64,000 nt of DNA from the NCBI GenBank assembly GCA_046712755.1, contig JBKKCM010000059.1:9107-73106 (forward strand). Reading direction: 5' to 3'. Shown here piece by piece: positions 60,003-64,000 of the stretch. The notes below the pieces were generated by a model, which ran no database searches, was not told the DNA's origin, and worked only from the letters and a program-made list of their open reading frames with translations. Source of the stretch: Nitrosarchaeum sp. GTDB taxonomy: Archaea > Thermoproteota > Nitrososphaeria > Nitrososphaerales > Nitrosopumilaceae. The number at the start of each line of letters is the position of its first letter. The stretch's first letter is position 1. Position numbers and translations under genes: made by a program.

Positions 60003-61941
60003 CTTTGAATTTAATCTCCTTTTCCAGTCTTTTTATTCTATCTCGGCATTCAATTGCATGCTCAAAATCTAATTCTTCTGAATATGTTTTCATCTGAGAT
60101 TCTAGTTCAATAATATCAGTAGCAAGATCGTGTATTGATTTTAGTTTAGATTCATCTAATGTTGTAACTTGCTCGGGAACTGATTTTATAATTGTCTGTG
60201 GAGTTATGTTATGCTCTTTGTTGTACTGTATTTGTTTTTCTTTACGTCTTTTTGTTTCATCTATGGCATGAGACATTGATTTTGTAATGTTATCGGCATA
60301 CATAATTACAGAACCGTTTACATTTCTTGCAGCTCTTCCAAATGTTTGAATCAAGCTAGTAAAGTTTCTCAGAAATCCTTCCTTGTCTGCATCTAAAATT
60401 GCAACTAGTGAAACTTCAGGAATATCCAAGCCCTCCCTTAACAAATTGATTCCAACTAGAACATCAAATTCTCCTAATCGTAATTGTCGAATTAATTCTG
60501 TTCTTTGCAATCCTTCTATTTCAGAGTGCATGTATCTCACCTTCACCTGTTTTTTTGAGAGATATTCAGCAAGATCTTCAGCCATCCGCTTTGTCAGAGT
60601 GGTGACTAAAACACGCTCATTTTTGGCTGCTCTTTTGGCAATTTCTTGAATTAAATCATCCATTTGGTTCTTTGTGGACCTAATCTCTACTGCTGGATCA
60701 AGTAATCCTGTAGGTCTTACTAGTTGCTCTGCTATTTGAGAGGATATTTTTTTCTCATATTCACTTGGAGTTGCAGATACAAAAATTGTGTTTTTCAGAT
60801 AACCTTCAAATTCTTCAAATTTTAATGGTCTGTTATCATATGTACTTGGCAGACGAAAACCATATGTCACTAGTTCCTTTTTTCTTGAATAGTCACCCTT
60901 GTACATTCCATGTAGTTGTGGCAAAGTAACATGTGATTCATCAATTACAAGTAGATAATCATCTCCAAAAAAATCCATCAAACAAAATGCTTTCTCACCT
61001 GGTTGTCTTCCATCAAAATGCCTTGAATAATTTTCAATTCCTGAGCAATAACCCAACTCTTCTATCATCTCCAGATCATATTTTGTTCTCATTTCCAGTC
61101 TTTGTTTTTCTAATTCATTTAGTTCTGGTAGTCGTTTTTCCAGCTCGTCTTTAATTGAAAGTACAGCCTTTTCTCTAACATCTTTTGCAATCAAATAGTG
61201 TTTTGCAGGAAAAATTTTCATCTGAGTGACTTTACGTTTTTCTTTAAGCGAGATATTATCAAGTAATGTAATTTTTTCTACATCATCGCCAAACATTGAA
61301 ATTCGCACAATATCTTCAGAATATGCCGGTATGATATCTATCGTATCACCCCTTACTCTGAAATTACCAGGAGATACTTCAGTGTCATTTCTTTCATATC
61401 TTGCATCAATGAATTTTTTTATTAGTTCATTTCTTTTTATTACATCACCAGCATTAATTGTAATTGCCAAATTGTCCCAATCCTGAGGATTGCCAAGTGA
61501 ATAGATGCAAGATACTGTTGAGATAATAATCGTTGGATCTCCAGACAGTAGCATTGCAGTTGCCTCTAATCGTAATTTTTCAATTTTTTCATTGATTTGA
61601 GTGTCTTTTTCAATATAGGTATCTGTTTGAGGCATATAGCTTTCAGGCTGATAATAATCATAGTATGATACAAAATAGCCTACATTATTTTTTGGAAAAA
61701 ACTGCTTTAATTCAGAATATAGTTGGGCAGCCAAAGTTTTGTTATGAGATATGACCAGCGTGTTTTTTCCAGTTCTTGCAATAACATTTGCAATAGAAAA
61801 TGTTTTTCCACTGCCAGTTACGCCAAGTAATGTTTGAATTGTTTTCTTTTTTACACCTTCAACTAGGGCATCAATTGCTTGGGGCTGATCACCAGTAGGT
61901 TCAAACTCGGACACTAGTTCAAATTTATGAATTTGTTGCAA
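59989..61941 (-). CDS. uvrB: Excinuclease ABC subunit B
   Basis: GVTGSGKT, YYDYYQPE, DESH, GRAARN. Confidence 0.97.
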   Translation of the reverse strand: MQQIHKFELVSEFEPTGDQPQAIDALVEGVKKKTIQTLLGVTGSGKTFSIANVIARTGKNTLVISHNKTLAAQLYSELKQFFPKNNVGYFVSYYDYYQPESYMPQTDTYIEKDTQINEKIEKLRLEATAMLLSGDPTIIISTVSCIYSLGNPQDWDNLAITINAGDVIKRNELIKKFIDARYERNDTEVSPGNFRVRGDTIDIIPAYSEDIVRISMFGDDVEKITLLDNISLKEKRKVTQMKIFPAKHYLIAKDVREKAVLSIKDELEKRLPELNELEKQRLEMRTKYDLEMIEELGYCSGIENYSRHFDGRQPGEKAFCLMDFFGDDYLLVIDESHVTLPQLHGMYKGDYSRKKELVTYGFRLPSTYDNRPLKFEEFEGYLKNTIFVSATPSEYEKKISSQIAEQLVRPTGLLDPAVEIRSTKNQMDDLIQEIAKRAAKNERVLVTTLTKRMAEDLAEYLSKKQVKVRYMHSEIEGLQRTELIRQLRLGEFDVLVGINLLREGLDIPEVSLVAILDADKEGFLRNFTSLIQTFGRAARNVNGSVIMYADNITKSMSHAIDETKRRKEKQIQYNKEHNITPQTIIKSVPEQVTTLDESKLKSIHDLATDIIELESQMKTYSEELDFEHAIECRDRIKRLEKEIKFKDGRK

Positions 61942-62040
61942 CAGTTACAATAATTTAAAACTGAACTTATAGCTAACGATTGTTGAGTAAAAAACCTTAG
62001 GTGAACAGAAAATTAATCTAAGCAATGAGGATATCAGAAG

Positions 62041-62691
62041 TTACCATACTGGTTCATCAACCATTTGTAATCCGTTTTCAGTTATCTCAAATCCCATAAT
62101 TTTCAAAGTTTCTTGGGCAGTAGAAGAATTTCTCTTCAATATTTTTTCTGCCAAATCCATTCTACTTTCTGTACGCATGTGTTGTCCAATTTTGTATTTT
62201 CCATGAAGTGTGTCAGGAATGACTTTGATTATTGCAACACTATCTAAAACTCTCATAGTAGATTGGATTGGATCATATCCTCCCTCGGGCTGATACTTTT
62301 TCATAAGACCATTTAGTGCAAGTGTTTTTTCTTCTCTATCTATCACTAGTGATGCGTTGCCCTTGATTACAATACTGATGTATAATGTATCTGCAAGTGA
62401 TGCATCTTTTGGATCCTCAAAGTAGGAAGGCAGAAACTCTAGTTCTCTATCAACTTCAAAACCGACTTTGTTATTTCGATTGATATTATCAATTTTTTCA
62501 CCTTTGGTATGAGAATGCATGTATATGGAACCATTTAGAAAAACAAAATTCATCGGGATTATCTGAGGGTATCCATTCTCATCAATACTGGAAATTCGTC
62601 CAATGTGCTCTTGGTTCAAAAATTCTTGAATTTTTTGAGATGACTTGATTTGTAAAATTCCAACTAGTTGCAACAAGGTTATTTTCATCAA
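62041..62691 (-). CDS. Pyridoxamine 5'-phosphate oxidase-like flavin-binding protein
   Basis: GYPQIIPMNF, HSHTKGEK, VGFEVD. Confidence 0.85.
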   Translation of the reverse strand: MMKITLLQLVGILQIKSSQKIQEFLNQEHIGRISSIDENGYPQIIPMNFVFLNGSIYMHSHTKGEKIDNINRNNKVGFEVDRELEFLPSYFEDPKDASLADTLYISIVIKGNASLVIDREEKTLALNGLMKKYQPEGGYDPIQSTMRVLDSVAIIKVIPDTLHGKYKIGQHMRTESRMDLAEKILKRNSSTAQETLKIMGFEITENGLQMVDEPVW

Positions 62692-62748
62692 TAATATTAT
62701 AAATCCAGATCCTAAATCTCTAAAATACGGGTTGGTTAAAGAAAAATC

Positions 62749-62979
62749 ATGGATGATCCTTATCTAAACGACCTAAAAAACGAGTTCAGAAAATATTCAA
62801 CAGAACTAAAAATATTAAAGAAAAATCTCTTAAAATCAAATTCATCTGAAGAACAATCAAAAATTATAAAAAAAATAGACAGTATCGCAAAAGATATGGA
62901 AAAAAATCAAAGACAGTTAGTCAAAGTAACAAAATCAAGATTAAAAGAAAAGAGCAAATCGAAAAAGACTTTCCAATAG
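62749..62979 (+). CDS. Conserved coiled-coil small protein
   Basis: 76-aa ORF. Confidence 0.6.
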   Translation: MDDPYLNDLKNEFRKYSTELKILKKNLLKSNSSEEQSKIIKKIDSIAKDMEKNQRQLVKVTKSRLKEKSKSKKTFQ

Positions 62980-63023
62980 TAACCAAAACTCCTAAAATAT
63001 AGGATAAATGTAGAGCAAGAGAG

Positions 63024-63449
63024 TTGGACGAAAGAGAAGAAGCACGATCAAGGGCAACAAATTTGGCACTTAAAGTTCTAGAAGAATGGGGAACTAGTTC
63101 AAGATTCATTTGGTTTAGAGAATTACATAGAATTACAGATATTGACAAAGGATTACTAAGAAATATTCTTAATGATTTGAAAAAATCAAAAGAAGTCAAA
63201 GAGATGCACGGTACAAATAACAGAATATTTTTTTGCCTAAGAAAATACTATACAAAATGTCACGATATAGAATTTAGATTTAAAGGAAAACCGATAATGC
63301 TCAGAGACGGAAGCAAAGTCAAAGTAATACAAGGCGAAACCAACTCTACAGCACGTACAAGAAAAAGATTAGAAAAACAACAAAAAAGACGACAAGTAAA
63401 ATCATACACTAGAATGAAAAGCAGAAACAGACGACCACATAAATCATAA
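63024..63449 (+). CDS. Hypothetical winged-helix-like protein with Arg/Lys-rich tail
   Basis: FRELHRITDIDKGLLRNILNDL...EVKE; basic C-terminus. Confidence 0.5.
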   Translation: MDEREEARSRATNLALKVLEEWGTSSRFIWFRELHRITDIDKGLLRNILNDLKKSKEVKEMHGTNNRIFFCLRKYYTKCHDIEFRFKGKPIMLRDGSKVKVIQGETNSTARTRKRLEKQQKRRQVKSYTRMKSRNRRPHKS

Positions 63450-63460
63450 ATTAATCGGGA

Positions 63461-63694
63461 TCATGGATCTACTTTTCTACGCATAAGACTAAATTCGGCG
63501 CGTTTTAGTTTTGCAGATTCTGCTACGTCATCAGTCATATCATATAGATCATGGAGCTCCAAACCAGAAGATATTTCATCCTCTTTTTGGTCTTCCAAGT
63601 CCAACTCAACATTAGATAAAATATCGATATTTTCTTCTAGAATTTTTAGGCATTTTTTTATTGCTTCAGGAAGTTCATCATCCATTGATATCAT
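63461..63694 (-). CDS. Acidic hypothetical protein
   Basis: 77-aa Asp/Glu-rich ORF. Confidence 0.5.
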   Translation of the reverse strand: MISMDDELPEAIKKCLKILEENIDILSNVELDLEDQKEDEISSGLELHDLYDMTDDVAESAKLKRAEFSLMRRKVDP

Positions 63695-63736
63695 CTAGAA
63701 TTAGCATAGTAAATGATTTTCGATGTACAAACCGAC

Positions 63737-64000
63737 TTATTTTTGTAGTTTTTCTCGCAGATAAGGCATGACATGGCTTGCAAATTTGTCAATGGAGCCA
63801 AAGTAGTTTTTACCCCAGAATCTAATTACAAAGTGATTTACACCAGCTTTCATGAATCGCTCAAATGTTGGAATAATATCATCTGGCGTACCAACAGCAG
63901 TTGATGAACGAGCAATTTTATCAGGAATTTTTGTTGCTGCCTCTCTCATTTTGACAATCCAAGATTGATCAGACATTGAATATTCTGTAAAGTATTTTAC
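63737..64000 (-). CDS. LLM-class flavin oxidoreductase, C-terminal part (runs off the window)
   Basis: AVGTPDDII...AGVNHFVIRF. Confidence 0.75.
   Translation of the reverse strand, partial: VKYFTEYSMSDQSWIVKMREAATKIPDKIARSSTAVGTPDDIIPTFERFMKAGVNHFVIRFWGKNYFGSIDKFASHVMPYLREKLQK

Noticed and set aside
55600-61941. Bacterial-type uvrBAC in an archaeon
   Set aside because: Already well known in Thaumarchaeota and other mesophilic archaea.

Overview
AT-rich chromosomal window of an ammonia-oxidising archaeon (Nitrosopumilaceae, i.e. Nitrosopumilus/Nitrosarchaeum-like, judged from gene content and order). It is mostly core genes: rpoP-rps10-tuf-fbp, DNA ligase, tRNA-splicing endonuclease, PIN-ATPase, a two-component cluster, UDG/MPG, aspS, ilvB-ilvH-leuA/leuB, carAB, Vps4/CdvC with a divergent ESCRT-III, citrate synthase and uvrBAC. 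A decayed accessory region lies at ~14.8-19.4 kb. I found no tRNA, rRNA, CRISPR array, integrase or transposase. Strongest observation: carB is interrupted after codon 25 by a 21-nt insertion (46034-46054) containing an in-frame stop. The insertion folds into a bulge-helix-bulge-type motif whose rule-predicted cut sites exactly restore the conserved GEAGE|FDYSG motif, so it looks like an mRNA intron for the tRNA-splicing endonuclease (one is encoded in this window). Second: a 19-aa Leu/Val/Ile-rich leader peptide with mutually exclusive hairpins precedes the ilvB-ilvH-leuA operon, an attenuator-like design. Further leads: a malonyl-CoA-reductase-like SDR didomain, several structured-RNA candidates, a triple 39-bp dyad repeat, and unannotated microproteins. 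All calls come from manual reading; no searches or folding programs were run.
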